64,000 nt of DNA from Vicugna vicugna (lineage: Eukaryota). The stretch lies in assembly GCA_013265495.1 (NCBI GenBank), contig MU058244.1:62001-126000 (forward strand), read 5' to 3'. The notes beneath the pieces are model-generated. The model did no database searches and was not told the DNA's origin. It saw only the letters and a list, made by a program, of their open reading frames with translations. Of this stretch, positions 51,964-64,000 are shown piece by piece (position 1 is the first letter of the stretch; the number at the start of each line of letters is the position of its first letter). The position numbers were made by a program, and so were the translations under genes.

Positions 51964-52313
51964 TCTGCTGTGCAGAATGTGCTGCCAGATTGTGCCACCA
52001 GATTCGAAGGCTGAAGCCCTAACCCCGTGGTGTGACTCTGTTTGGAGACCAGGACTTTAGGCAGTACTTAGGTTAAGTGGTGTCATGGGGGGGGCCTGAC
52101 CCAGTAGGAGTGGTGTCCCTGCAGGAGGAGGAAGAGACACCAGGGCTCTCTCTCCCCATGAGCGCACGAGAAGGTGGAGTCTGCAAGCCAGAGGCAGACC
52201 TCACCAGAAGTCTGGTGGCACCTCGATCTTGGATGTCTGGCCTCCAGAACTGTGAGAGATAAATTTCTGTTTCTCATGTCACCCCGTCTGTGGCGACAGT
52301 CCTGCAGACCAAG
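51964..52313 (+). mobile_element. MLT1A/A0-like MaLR solo LTR
   Basis: GAAGCCCTAACCCC...GAAGAGACACCAGGGCTCTCTCT...TCTGCAAGCCAGAGGCAGACCTCACCAGAA...GGCACCTCGATCTTGGA...GCCTCCAGAACTGTGAGAGATAAATTTCTGTT. Confidence 0.88.
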
Positions 52314-53689
52314 CCCCGGCCCCCAGCTAACTTTCCTCCCTTGAAGTAGCAAATGAAAAAGGGGAGCGGGGACGGGGCATCCCGGGCCTGCCTGGACGCC
52401 TGGTGGCAATGTGGCCTCCAACAAGCCCCTTTCGCTTTGTGGGCCTCAGTTTCCCACCAGAAATGAGGACGCTGCTCTGAATGACCGGCTCCTCCACGGG
52501 CTTCTCCAGGCCAAGGCCACTGTGCCAGGTGGGGAGGGCTTGTCCTTGGTGAGGATCGCCGGGCACTCTCAGGGCACAGAACTGGGGAGAAATGGACAAC
52601 TGGCCCTTGCAATGTGATCCTGGAAGATGGGCTCGGCGGGGCCCCACCCTGACGGCTGACGGCAGACCAGGCCACAGGAAGGGGCGACAGGCAGGACCCA
52701 GGACGGGACAACAGTCCCACGTGGGAACCCCTGGGCAGGGACCTCCTGTACCTGGCAGCCCAGAGTGGCAGGGTCCCAGTGGCCCCTGCACAGTCCTGGA
52801 AGCAGGCACCCACCCCACGGCCCCTGGTCAGTCCTGGCCCTTCGTGGGTGCTTGGGAGGTGGGCTGCCAGCTGGACACCTTCACAGAAACCTGTGGCCAG
52901 CTCTGCCCAGAGGCCTGGCCCTGGGCGCCTGTCACCTCGGGGCTCCCTTCCAGCTGGAGCTGTGCAGAGAGAAGAACCTCTTTCTCAGCAAGCCCGGGGC
53001 AGCCAGGCGACCCCCAGCAGGAGGCTGGGCTCCCAGCCGGAGCGGGCCGGTCCGGCCAGGTCCCCCGTGCCAGCGCCAGCCCCCCTCAGACCCTTGTGCT
53101 TCCCTGGGGTGGCGAAAGTGGCCGCGGCCTTTAGAACAGAGCTGGTCACTGTCGATCTGACAGTGATGGATGGGCCAGGGCTCGGGGCTGCTCCGGGGGC
53201 TGAGTCCACTCCCCTCAGGGTGGACACGGCCCCTGGGCCTGGGGAAGGGCGCTCCGGGGGCGCGTCTGGGCAGGTGGGCTCTCTGCTGAAACCAGCATTT
53301 CTGCGGCTGTTTCTGCAGGTGGCCCAGTGCCTCCGACCACGGCAGGGTCCTGCTCGGAGAGAAGCTCATTGGGCGCTGCAGAGCATGCTGGGGCCCGTCT
53401 GCCTCATGGGGCCGCCAGCCCGAGATGGGGCTCAGCCCTCCTGGCTTAGTGCGGCCTCTCGGCCTGTCTGCTGCTCAGATGAAAAATCCGGATGAGAGGG
53501 GGGTCACCCCTACGCTGGGGTACTTGCGGCTGGCCCCCTAGGACGCCTGAGTGTGGGTCTCCCCAGGGGGCTGACTCCCTCCCTCCCTCATTCACCCACT
53601 CACTCAGCACCCGGGGACTTTCTCTTTTGGTCTTCGTGTCCTGACACTAAATGGACACAGGGCAATTCTTCTAGGTCGGAGCTGCCTGG

Positions 53690-53930
53690 TAGCCACAGAA
53701 TTAGAGCTTCGTGTGTCATTCCAAATTTGCCAGTGTCTGCATCTAAAGGAGTGAAAACCAGCAGGTAAAATTTAATTTCGACTGTGTGTTTATCCAGACA
53801 AACCAAAGCATTGTTATTTCTGCATGCAACCTGCATAAAACTCCCTGGAGAGAAATTTCACTTTGCTGGCACCGAGCCTTTGCAATCCGCCTATGTTTTA
53901 TGTTGTGCTCACCTGCACTGGGACCCACCC
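53690..53930 (-). mobile_element. MER33 (hAT-Charlie) DNA transposon remnant
   Basis: CAGGTAAAATTTAATTTC...CAAAGCATTGTTATTTCTGCATGCAACCTGCATAAAA...GAGCCTTTGCAATCCGCCTATGTTTTAT matches the MER33 reverse complement. Confidence 0.65.
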
Positions 53931-54629
53931 AGAGCAGCGATCTGCCCCCACGAGAATCCTCACACCCTGATGGGTCTGCTTCGGGTCTTGAGGTGTGAGG
54001 GGAGGGCCTGGCCAGAGAGCAGAGACCGCCGGGCAGGCGCTGAGGTGCGCGGCAGGCCTTGGGTCAGGCAGAGGTGGACGCTCACCCGGGATGCCCTCTG
54101 TCCAGGCAGCGGCTCCAAGGCCTGGAGGCCAGGTGGGTCTGGCCTCTCTCCTGTCCTGTCCACTGGGGCCATGTCCGGGCCCAGCTGGGGCAGTCGCCCT
54201 GGTGGCACCAGAGGGCATCTAGCCCTGGACTCATGCAGAGAGAGCCCCCTTGCTGGGGGACTCCTGGCTTGTGAATGAGGTGGGTTACATCACCCAAATA
54301 CAGGGAGGTTAAGTGAGGGCGTTGGGACCCACACACGTCCAGTCCACCTGCCAGCTGCAGGGCCAGCGGTCACTACACAGCTGTGCTCAGGGGCCTCCTG
54401 GGCCCACTCTCAGGGTAGGACCAGCCACAGCTGCCCGGGGCCTTGGCCCTTCCGAGGCCGGGAGCAGCTGTGCCAGGGGCAGGTGGAGGTGGGCGGTCTC
54501 CCCATTCCGGGCCCGGCCCTGGCCCTCTGCTGAGATCTGAGTTGGGGCACCTCACAGGGCCGGGGGGCCTGTGAATGCACCCAGGATAACTACCTCTGTC
54601 CACCTTCGCCTTTGAGCGCCTTTCATCTG

Positions 54630-54745
54630 ATCTGTGAAGCGTTTTACAAACTGGCTCATTAACCTCCCACGGCCTGGAGGTAACTCGGTCCACTTTGTGG
54701 GAGGGAAACTGAACCACCCCTTGTTCAAGATTTACAGCTGGGCCA
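54630..54745. mobile_element. MIR fragment
   Basis: TTTTACAAACTGGCTCATTAACCTCCCAC...GGGAAACTGAA...CTTGTTCAAGATTTACAGCTGG. Confidence 0.55.
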
Positions 54746-57093
54746 CCCACCGAGACACCCCGTCCTGGTTTCCCCCCCGATTCCAGATGCAGGATGTGCT
54801 GGCAGGAGCAGGGCCCCCTCACAGGGAGTGAGAACCGAGGGGCTGGTCGCGGGGGCTGAGTGAGGGCCTCTGTGCAGCGGTCTCTGAGCCCGGCGCCCAC
54901 GTGCTGTTCCGCAGAGGGCTGTGTCTACCAGACGCTGGCTGAATTCTCTCAAGGATTCACGTGCGTCCTGCAAGTCGGTTTGACGCCCCCTCCACAGGTA
55001 AGAAAGCAGAGCTTCAGAGAAGTCAGCTTTCTAGGCAAAGCCATCAGAGTGCAGCCCCCTCAGAGCAGTCCAGCCCCCGAGGCCACACGGTCCGTCTGCG
55101 CGCGGCCACCTTGAAGGGGCGCCCTGTTCAGGAGCTCACAGTTGAGGTCAGGGTGTGCGCCCCAGGGCAGGGCAGGTGCAACGGAGTGAAAGCCACGTTC
55201 TGCGAGGAGGGCGAGTGTGTCTCAGCCAAACTGGAAGCAGACATGGGGAGTGTTTGCAGAGAAGGGCCCTGGCGCCAGCACGTGCCTGTAGCCCCGGAGA
55301 TACGGGAGGAATGAGCGGGCTCTCGGGACAAGCCTGCGCTCGCCGGCCCACCTGCGCCTGCTTTGCTGACCTGGACGGCACCCGGCTCATTGTCCTCGCC
55401 TGTCAGTCAGGCTCCCTTTACTGGCCTCTCCTGCTACTTCAGAGGCCGTCAGCTGTGACTTACAGTGAAAACCGTCTTCTGTTTGACAGGGAGGGGGCGG
55501 AAATCACTGTGAACAGAGAAGGGCAGGCTACACAAGTGACTTGTCACCGGAGACCAGGGGCTGAGCCCTGAATCAATTCCCTTGGTAGCCTGGAGCTCGG
55601 GGTCCCGCCCTCCGCGGCTCCTGCTCCTCCTCTTCTGGGGCTGCTGTCTCACCCAGGGGGTGAGCTCGCCCCTCTCTCCTCAGCGCATCCCTGCCCCGGA
55701 GCGCAGGCCTGGCCGTGGTGCCCCCGGATCCACAGCACAGCCCGGGGCTGCTCCCTCCCCGACCAGTGCCGGTCGCAGGGGCCACGGAAGGGCCCGGCCT
55801 GGCCGGAGTCCCAGGCAAGTCTTACAGAGTCAGGCCCCGGGCCAATCGTTTTACGAGACTTACCGCATTTAATTCTCACAACCCCCAGAAGTAGGTGCCC
55901 CAGTGCCCACATAGAGCAGCTTGCCTCGGGGTACCTCTGGCCAGTGATGGGGACTTGAGTGTTCTGGGCCACAAAGCCAGGCCCCTTCAGCTCTATGCCA
56001 GGTGCCCCCCAGCAAACCCAGACATCCGATTTTCTACTCAGAAAACCCTCCCCTTGTCCGTGCAGTCAGAGTGTGTGTTTGGGGAGGAGAGGGTGGGACA
56101 GAGGCTTGGAAATCTGCTTAAACGAAGAGACGCTGGGGTGGGGTGGAGGCGGGGAATTGGGGCTTCTGAGGTATGGAGCCCTGTCTGGGGTCTCTGAGGA
56201 TGTGACAGCATCCCTTCTGTTCCAGAACGGGGCCTTGAGTTGGGGGCTGGCCGAGGGGCTCTGCCCGGGCAGGTGGAGGGTCCCGGCCGCTGAGCTGGGG
56301 GGTCCCCAAGGGGCTGAGCCTCACCCGGCCCTGCAGGTGGGACACACGGTCCTGTTCCACAGATGGAGTGGGTAGCGTCAGCCTGGGTGACTCCGCTGTC
56401 TGTGCTTCCGTCTGTCCATCCCTCCCCGCTGCAGACCCGCCTGGTGCAGCGCCTCCAGGAAGATTTGCGGGATGAATCTGCTGCGTCTCCACACTCCCTT
56501 GCTGGCGTGGAGCGTGGAGGGCAGGCCTGGGTGGTCCCGGGCACCTGGGGCCTCCCCAGGCCCCGAGCAGAGCCCAGCGGCTCTGTCTGGCCTGTGCTGG
56601 TCTGTGCCACAGCCACTGTCCTTTGGAAAGCACGTGGCGCTCAACCCCCCCACCCCTGCGCAGTCATCTGGCAGGATGGCTCCCAGGAAGGGGGCTGAAC
56701 CTCTGGCTGGGGAGGGGCTGGCTCTGCAAGCCTGCCTGGCCTGCCTCACGGCTGAGGGCCAGGGCCGGGTCCAGGGAACTGGAGCTGCCCCTGTGGGCGC
56801 GGCGCGTCCCCAGGGAGGGTGCTGGCCGAGCCCACCATGTGCCCTAGGTCCCTCCAGGCCCTGCCAGGCCTTCCTTCCTTCCTGCCCCTCATCCCTGGGC
56901 CAAGCAGTCAGAGCCGGGCTTGGGGGTCAGGGGTCAAGGGTCAGGGGGTGTGACTTTTCTTAGCAGTTCTGTAGAGCCACCCCCAGGACAGGCTGAGCTG
57001 CAGCGCTGCCCGCAGAGCTGGGCCCGGCAGAGTGAGCAGGAAGGGGATCCGCAGGGCTGGCTGCACATGTTCCCGTGACCCTCAACTTTCTTC

Positions 57094-57138
57094 TGAGGGT
57101 CAGAGAGGTGAGGTGACTTGCCCGAGGTCACACAGCAG
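57094..57138. mobile_element. MIR fragment
   Basis: GAGGGTCAGAGAGGTGAGGTGACTTGCCCGAGGTCACACAGC. Confidence 0.75.
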
Positions 57139-59594
57139 CGCGGGGGGTGAGCTTTGGCCCACCTAGCTCAGGTCAGGTTGGGCTGGGGTGGGGCTCGTTT
57201 ACCTTTGCAGCCCCTGACGGCCTCGGCCCAGTGAGCTCCCTGCTCTCTCATTCAGGCTCAGCTCCTGCCCCGCACACACCGCCTGAGGGTGGCTGCACTG
57301 TCCAGCCTTCATGAACGGCCCCACTGCCCCCCAGGACCTGGACCGTGGATCCCAGACCTTGGAGCCCCAGCCACTAGCTCCCCAGTAGGTAGTCCCTGGC
57401 GTGGCTCTCAGGCCCACTGACTGCTGGCCCCTGGCCCCAGCCTCCACCCCACCGCTGGCTCCAGCTCCCTTCCCCGGCCCTACCCCCAGCGGCTCACCGG
57501 AGCCTCCGTCCCTTTCCAGCTCTGCAGCTCTCTGCGGTCCCTGGCCCAAGTCTTTCTTCCCAAGGACCACGGGACCTGGGGAGGCTGCCCAGTCTAGGGG
57601 CACGGGCGCCGGCCTCCCTTGGAGGCCACACAGTACTCAGATGTGGGGCCAGAGACGTGTCTGGGCCCGTCGGGAGAGGGCCAAGGCTGTCCAGGCTGCT
57701 GGTCCCTTTGTTTGAGTCCCCCCCTACCCCTGACTGTGTGGCCGACCCATCGGAGGCAGGAAGCTTCCGTGTGGCCACTCGCGTTATTGGGAGGTCCAGC
57801 TGCTTCCCTCCGGCCGGTGTCTGCTGGCCGTGGCCTTCTGTCAGAGGTGAGAGGGCCTGGAGGCAGAACGAGAGGAGTCCAGCCTTTCCCTCCATGTCAG
57901 CCATCTTTGCAAAGTTCCTGAGAGCTGGGCTGGCCTTGGAAAGACAGCTCCCTTTCTGGAGACGCAGCCCCTGGCGAGGCCCTGCTGTATGTACATCAGT
58001 GGCAGAGAGTGGGCAGGCGGCGCCTGGGCCTGCAACTGCGAGACCTCCCTGCTCGGCTGCTCGGCTGCTCCCTGGAGCCTCCGGGCCTGACCTCGTCCCC
58101 CAGCGCTGGCTGGTGCAGCGACACCTGCTCAGGTGAGCCTTGGAGGAGTCGGCCTCTGCTAACCTGCACAGGCGGCGTCCCTTGTTGGAATGGCTGCCCT
58201 GATGGGGTCTCTGCGGACCTCGCTCCAGGCCCGGGGTGGGGGGGTGTCTGCCGACTTACACACAGTCAGCGCCACCCCCTGTGGCCCCAGCGTGCAGGGA
58301 AGACCACAGTGGGGCCCCCACGGCACCGACCCTGCAGATGAGACGCGAGAAGGGCGCCCAGCTCTGACCCCAGCGCGGCCTCACCAGGAACTGGGAGGTG
58401 GGTTTTGAGTGTTGATGACGTCCGTTTCTAAGAAGCTGTCCATTTGTATGTTCGCGTAATTTACTGTTTAGTGACGATCCTGTTTAGCCCCCAGCTCACT
58501 CCACGCCGGCCACCGCTTGTGCCCCAGCTGAGAGTGTGGGCCTGGTCAGGGCAGCCACGCTCAGCCCGGGGCGGAGGGCCCCTGCTCTCCCAGGGCCCAG
58601 CCCTCCCCTCAGGACTAGGGGTCCCACCTGGAGCCCACGCCACCTGCTCTGGCCCACATCCTGGGTGCCAAGACCCTGGCACCCACACCCAAGTGGCTGA
58701 GTGACTTGCCTCCTCGCCGCCCCCTCTTGAGGGGCCAGGCCACTGGGCTGTTCAGCCCCAGACGTGAGGGGTGACTGACCAAGGGGCAACTCTGTGGGGG
58801 TGCAGCCGGGCACGGTCACTGGGAGCTGGGCATCTGGGGGCCCGCACATCCACTTGCGACAAGGGACCCAGCTGGAGGGGCGTCTCGAGGGGGAGCAGCA
58901 TGAGGCCACATTTCGTCAGGGACCCCAGAGTTGGAATCTGACCTCCAGGCCACAACTGGGTCTTTTGTAGCGGGGACAGAACCACATTGTGCTTCACAGT
59001 TACCACCGAGGAGCCCCAGCCTGGGCATCTGCTTGGAGTCCAGGCTTGTGGGGAGCACAGAGGACCGCGCTGGGGCTCGGATTCCACCACCGAGGGCCGA
59101 GGGGCTCGGTTGCCGCCACACAGCCTGTCTGTCTGCAGGGGGCAGAGGGCAGGGCCTTCCTCTCTGCACGAATGTGGCCCTGGTCCCAGCCTTCTGACCG
59201 CCAGCGGTGTCCTCTGAGTGTGCCCGGCAATGTGCTAGTGCTGGCTGAAACACTCCGAAGCCCTGTGGCTGCTGCGTCAGGGTTGGGCCCGAGAGGGCGA
59301 TGGATGCTCAGAGAACCGGTTTACCTCGCATGAAAAATGCATGATGGTTCTGGGAACGGCCGTGCAGCCTGCTCCACGCCCAAGAGGGGACCCTGCCACT
59401 GACAGGGAGCCCACGTGGCCCTGGCTTGCCTGCAGCACCTGAGAGGGTGCAGCCCCTGAGGCCCTGGCCGGGGCAGAAAACTGGGCTCTGGGCCCCCAGA
59501 GGCGGGAGGGCAGCTGGCACGGTGCCACGTACCCCACTGGAAGCTTTGAAAAAGGCTTTGGGCAAAATGGAGGAAGGAAACTGAGTTTAAAAAC

Positions 59595-59776
59595 CAGCTG
59601 TGGGCCGAAGGAACTTTCTAGGGCAGGGTGTGCAGTCCACGATGGCAGCCACAGCCACCTGTGGCTATCGAGCTCCTGGACTGTGTCCAGTGCAACTGGG
59701 GGACTGACTTGCAAATTTCATTTAATTTTCATTCACTTAAATTTAAGCTGATATAGCCACCACACGGGACAGTACA
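59595..59776 (+). mobile_element. MER3 (hAT-Charlie) MITE
   Basis: GAACTTTCT...GGCAGCCACAGCCACCTGTGGCTATCGAGC...TTTCATTTAATTTTCATTCACTTAAATTTAA...TAGCCACC..GGGACAGTAC. Confidence 0.8.
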
Positions 59777-62700
59777 AGTCCAGGGCGATGACGGCTCCTG
59801 ACAGGGTCCGGGCTACCCAGGCGTATGCGTTTGTCACAGCTCACAGTCTGGGGCCTTTCAGACTTGTGGATTCCACTGCGAGCAGATGTCACCTGAAACA
59901 GACAGGTACTGAGCTCCAGCAGTGATGTGCACGGAAGTACTTGGACTGAAGTCTTGTGATGCCTGCAACCTCCTTGGAAATGTGCCCAGTAAAACCTGAC
60001 GACAGGCACGTGGGGAGGAAAGCATGGCGAGGGCGACTGTGGAATCTGGGCAGTGGGTGGAGGGTATCCTGCACCTCCTCTGCGACGGCTGCCCCGGCGC
60101 TCGGCCGGCACAGGGTGCGAGTCCAGCCTGTGTGTGTGTGCTAGATGCGGGGACAGGGCAGGTCTGGGCAGGACATGCTGGTGGACAAGAGGGTGGCCTG
60201 AGGTCAGGGCAGGGGGCGTGGGAGGTCCGAGCACCAGGGAGGGGCTGGAGGCTCCAGCTATACCTGGGGAGGGGACGTTCCAGACACGGCATCGTTTCTA
60301 GGCCCAGAACGGGCCCCTCTTCCTGTGGCCTCTGCCCTCTGGGTCCAGGCTGCTTTCGAGCCCCGAGCCCCGCCAGCCGATGGATGGCTGCTCACCAAAG
60401 GACCTGGGCCCCGAGTCGGTTCTGCTGTCGTTCCCCCACTTCATAGCAACAGCCATTTGCAAGCCCGGCCACCACCCTCTACAGTCTGTCTCTTCCTTAG
60501 CAGGCACTCATCCTGAGCAGCCCAGGTGCGGAGGTAGCGGCCAAACTCCAGCCTGCTAGGAGCCCGCTCCAGCTGGTCTGACTGCCCAGTTTCTTCCTGT
60601 GTCTTCCAGTGCCTAGGGGGCCACCCTCTGGCCAGTCCACTGCCCTGAGCACCTAGGACAAACCCTGGATGAGAACTGGCCCCCTGGGATGGGCCGGAGT
60701 CCTTGGAGGGAGTGTCCCGTCCAGTCCTGACCACTGGGCTCCCTTGACCCTTCTGCGATTTTGCATCTCTGTTGCTCCCATCTCCTGGGGGCTGCAGCGC
60801 CCAGGGCCCCCTCGGGGCCGTTCTTGACCCACCTGGCAGGCAGGTGGCTGCGGGACTAGGGGTCCCTCTCCTCTGCCTGTTCTTTGCTGGCAGGTAGGAG
60901 CCTCATGCCCCCTGCAAGCTGGCTCTGCCCGCCCCATGGAGACAGCTGCCCTCCCATTGTGTGGCCAGGGCTGAAGTGCTTGGTTTGGGTGGCTTGCCCA
61001 TCCCCATCCCACAGGCCTGTGCACTCGCCCTGAAGCCCCACCACCCGCACAGAGGAGAAAGCTCAGCCTTGGGGTGGAGGCGACTGGGGCGAGTGTCCCC
61101 CCAGGGGTTCCCTGCTGGAGCTTGAGGCCAGCCTGCTCTGAGGTCACCACACCCCCGACGCTGACTCCTCTGGGTGGATGCAGTTGCTGCCCGACCTGAG
61201 CCTGGAGGAAGTGGAGCTTTGCTGCCCCAGGGCTAGTGCAAGGGCTGCAGGCACCTGCTTCTGACTCCCACAGCCCCCATGGTACTGCCCGAGCTGCTGG
61301 GGCTTCAACAGGGCTGAGCTCGCAAGCCCTGCCCACAGGTTGGAGCCCCCATCCCACCTGCTGCTGACGGCGGACCCTGGCCCTGGTGTCCCTGAGGTGC
61401 CGGGTCCTCTGGAGGTGCTCCCTGGGAGGGGGGGGTAAGCTGTCCCCTAAAGATTGGTTGTGGGAACTCAGGTGACAAAGGGAGTCCAAGCGCCTCCAGC
61501 CACTTTCCAGAGGGCCCGCGGCAGCGATGGGCGCCCCGACGCTCCCGGGGTGTGCCCCTGTGCTCACACGCTCACACGTGCTCACACACCCTTCTTCATA
61601 GTTGGGTTGTGGTGCCTTTTCTCTGCAGCCTGCTCGTTCCACCTCGTTCTGCCCCGTGTCGCTCTCAACCCGACACAGATCGGCCCCACACCCTTGTCCC
61701 CTGTGTTCCACACCCACGCCTCCGCCAGCCCATTGCCTGCCAGCTCCTGGGCTGCACTTCCCAAGTCGGAGAGAGGCGGGCACCAGTGCTCACTGGGCCT
61801 CTGCGGGAGCCCCCGGCGCCCTGCGGGTCTCAGGTCGGATCTGAGCCTCCGCGTGGTGAGTGGGCGTGGCCATCTCTTCACGTGTCCATGGCCCGTTTCC
61901 TTTTCTGGCCATGGCCTCTTCTTGCCCTTTGAGGGAAACTGACTTACACCTAAAAAAAGTGTTCTCCCAAGCTCCCTGCCCTGCCCTCCCACTGTGCGGA
62001 CGGGCGGTGCTGAATGAGCCCTTGTTGGCCGAGAGCTGGGCGCAGGTTGAGAGGGGCCTGTGGACCGAGCCAGGCTGGGAAGAAAGCAGGCAGCCACCTC
62101 CCCGGGGAGGGTCGTGCCAGGGGACCCTGAGCCCTGGCAGCAGGGGGAGGAGGCGAGGGGCTGGCCTCAGTTTCTCTGTCCTCTGAGGGGTTCCAGGCCA
62201 TTGTGCGGGCAGACGGGCTCACGTGCGTGCCTGTGGGACCCTGGGGCGTTCTTGGGGTCTGTCCTCACCGAGCCCTCCCGCCTCCCAGGCGGCCTCCACT
62301 GGGGACGTTTCCGGGCTCCTGTCTGAGTGCTGGGCGTGGTTCCTGCTGTGGACGGGTGCAAACTCCCCTGCCCTCAGCTGGGTCTCCTGTGAAGAAGGGA
62401 CTGCTTTCCCTCCTGCCTCCCTTCCTCCTCGTCAAGGGCCATGTTGGACGCTGCCCGGTCTTTATCTCTGGTCCAGGGGGGACAGTCCCTGCGGGCCGGG
62501 TCCTGGGTGCTCAGAGCAGAAATGCATTCTGTTGACAAAAGTGCTGACAGCCTCTCAGGTTCCCTGATGCTCGCCCATCTGTCAGGCGCCCTCACTGACC
62601 CTCTGCCTCATCCTCACCCAGCCAAGAGCCCACCAGGAGCAGAGAGGAGGCCACGTGAGTCTGTCTCCTGCCCATGAGCCCTGGACAGGGGCCCTGGCTG

Positions 62701-63280
62701 GATGTCCGCCTCCCACACCCGTGGCCCGCGTGCCTGCAGGCCCCACCACTGTCCTGGAACTCGAAGGCCTGACTCTGCAGGAGGGAGGCCAGGGGCCCGA
62801 GACCCACTCAGGCCCGTGCCCACCCCTGGGGCTCACAGCTGAGGGCGGTAGGGGCCCTGGCCCTGCTGAGGCGGGTTTGCTGAGCATGGCTGACGTCAGG
62901 CTTGTTGGCAGCTGGCGATTTTATTCATTCGTGAAGCTGGTCCTCCCCCGCCCCCAAATAGGCCTCTGGCCACAGACTCTGAGTCTCTGCTTCCCCATGG
63001 AGGGTCCCCCTTCCTGACGTTCCTGGGCCTTAGACCTCCAATGCTTGCTCCTCTGCAGGAGGGCAGGGTAAGGGCTCCGGGCGCCGTGTGCCAAGGCGGC
63101 TGGAGGGCTCGGAGGGGTGTCACAATCAGAGAGGAGAGCCGGCCCCCAGCGGGGGAGTCAGGGTCCTGCAGGAGTCCCGAGCCCGCCGGCCCCCTGGCCT
63201 GTCGCAGCCACGGGATGTGGCCTGCGGGCAGCTCCACCTGGGCTGGTCTCCTCACCTGTGTGACCCCACGGAGTGCCACA

Positions 63281-63435
63281 GCAGCTCTTTCCAGGACAGT
63301 GGCCACGAGCCACAGGTGGCTGTTCCAACTCGAATTAATTAAAGTCAAGTAAAATGAGCCCTGAGACCCCAGGGCACCAGCCACGTTTCCAGTGGCCCAC
63401 ATAGCTGGTGGCCTGTGTGTGGGACAGTGTGGGCA
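63281..63435 (-). mobile_element. MER3 (hAT-Charlie) MITE, reverse orientation
   Basis: GGCCACGAGCCACAGGTGGCTGTT..AATTAATTAAAGTCAAGTAAAAT...CACCAGCCACGTTTCCAGTGGC..CACATAGCTGGTGGC...GGGACAGTG. Confidence 0.75.
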
Positions 63436-64000
63436 CAACACATCCATCCGCTCTGAAAACTCTACCAGCAGCACTGCCTCCGCTGCTGTGGCGCCGTCTC
63501 ACCTTGCAGCCGGGAGGTGGGGCTCCGCGTTGTCCCAGCTGGGTCCGGGGCTCTGGTCCCCAGGCTTCCTTACTGCCCAGAGGCTCCACGCATCAGACCA
63601 CCCAGCTGCCCTCCCTCCTTTGTGTTCCCAGTGCTTGCCCTTCCTGGGGATGGATGCTGGGGAGGTTGGGCAGGTCTGTTGGGAGAGGGGGCCCAGGTCC
63701 TGCGGCATCGCCCCTTACAGACTCCGTGGTGGGATCAGAGAAGCACCCCCCCGGAGGACCCTGCTGACACTCCCTGGCTCAGAGTGGGACCCCCGCTGCC
63801 CCAGCGGAGCCCGGCCAGAGCACACAGGGGTTGGGGGTCTGGGGTCCAGGGCTGGGAGCAGCGGCTCCAGCTCAAACAGGAGAGCCAGCCCAAACGGATT
63901 CACTCTTCCTTTTTGGAATTTGGAGAAGGAAATCTGGAAGGAATGTGCCATCAGCAGAAGGAACGAAATGCGAGGGTCCGGGGAGGCGTCAAGGCCAGCC

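Noticed and set aside
60653-61783. 376-aa minus-strand ORF, the longest outside the promoter
   Set aside because: Low-complexity composition, alternative start codon, no recognisable domain such as a forkhead or kinase motif.
19100-64000. Neighbouring genes expected from human synteny (FAM20C, FOXL3), plus tRNA, rRNA or CRISPR arrays
   Set aside because: No matching coding sequence or RNA-gene or array structure seen; the syntenic genes probably lie beyond the window.

Overview
Eutherian mammal draft-assembly sequence with four N-gaps (804-944, 1246-1377, 1503-1666, 35158-35449). It is very GC-rich and contains the PDGFA (platelet-derived growth factor A chain) gene on the + strand. The CpG-island promoter carries a CArG box and the start of the G-rich NHE. 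The TATA box, TSS and start codon/signal peptide fall in gaps. Exon 1 ends at 1673; exons 2-5 are 3149-3245, 7863-7967, 9496-9683 and 15415-15541. The alternatively spliced basic-tail exon 6 is 16070-16138, and exon 7/3'UTR runs from 17909 to about 19090. If exon 1 has the usual 21 codons, this gives the known 196-aa (..DVR*) and 211-aa (..KKRKRKRLKPT*) isoforms. The remaining ~45 kb has no recognisable protein-coding gene. It holds ancient repeats (L1M, L2, MIR, MLT1, MER3/MER33), small tandem repeats and AT-rich islands with transcription-factor motif clusters. The most interesting unverified observations: (1) a candidate upstream exon (ATG 189, perfect donor at 260) in frame with exon 2, giving a signal-peptide-less PDGF-A that could use the exon-6 nuclear-targeting motif; (2) a three-ATG nested uORF; (3) an in-frame cryptic donor inside exon 6; (4) a perfect 12-bp 3'UTR stem; (5) GATA/TAL1-type composites, a MEF2/TATA orphan promoter, an RE1-like site and a triple DR1. 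Comparisons with human PDGFA and repeat consensi are from memory and need alignment. Motif calls are by eye and untested.
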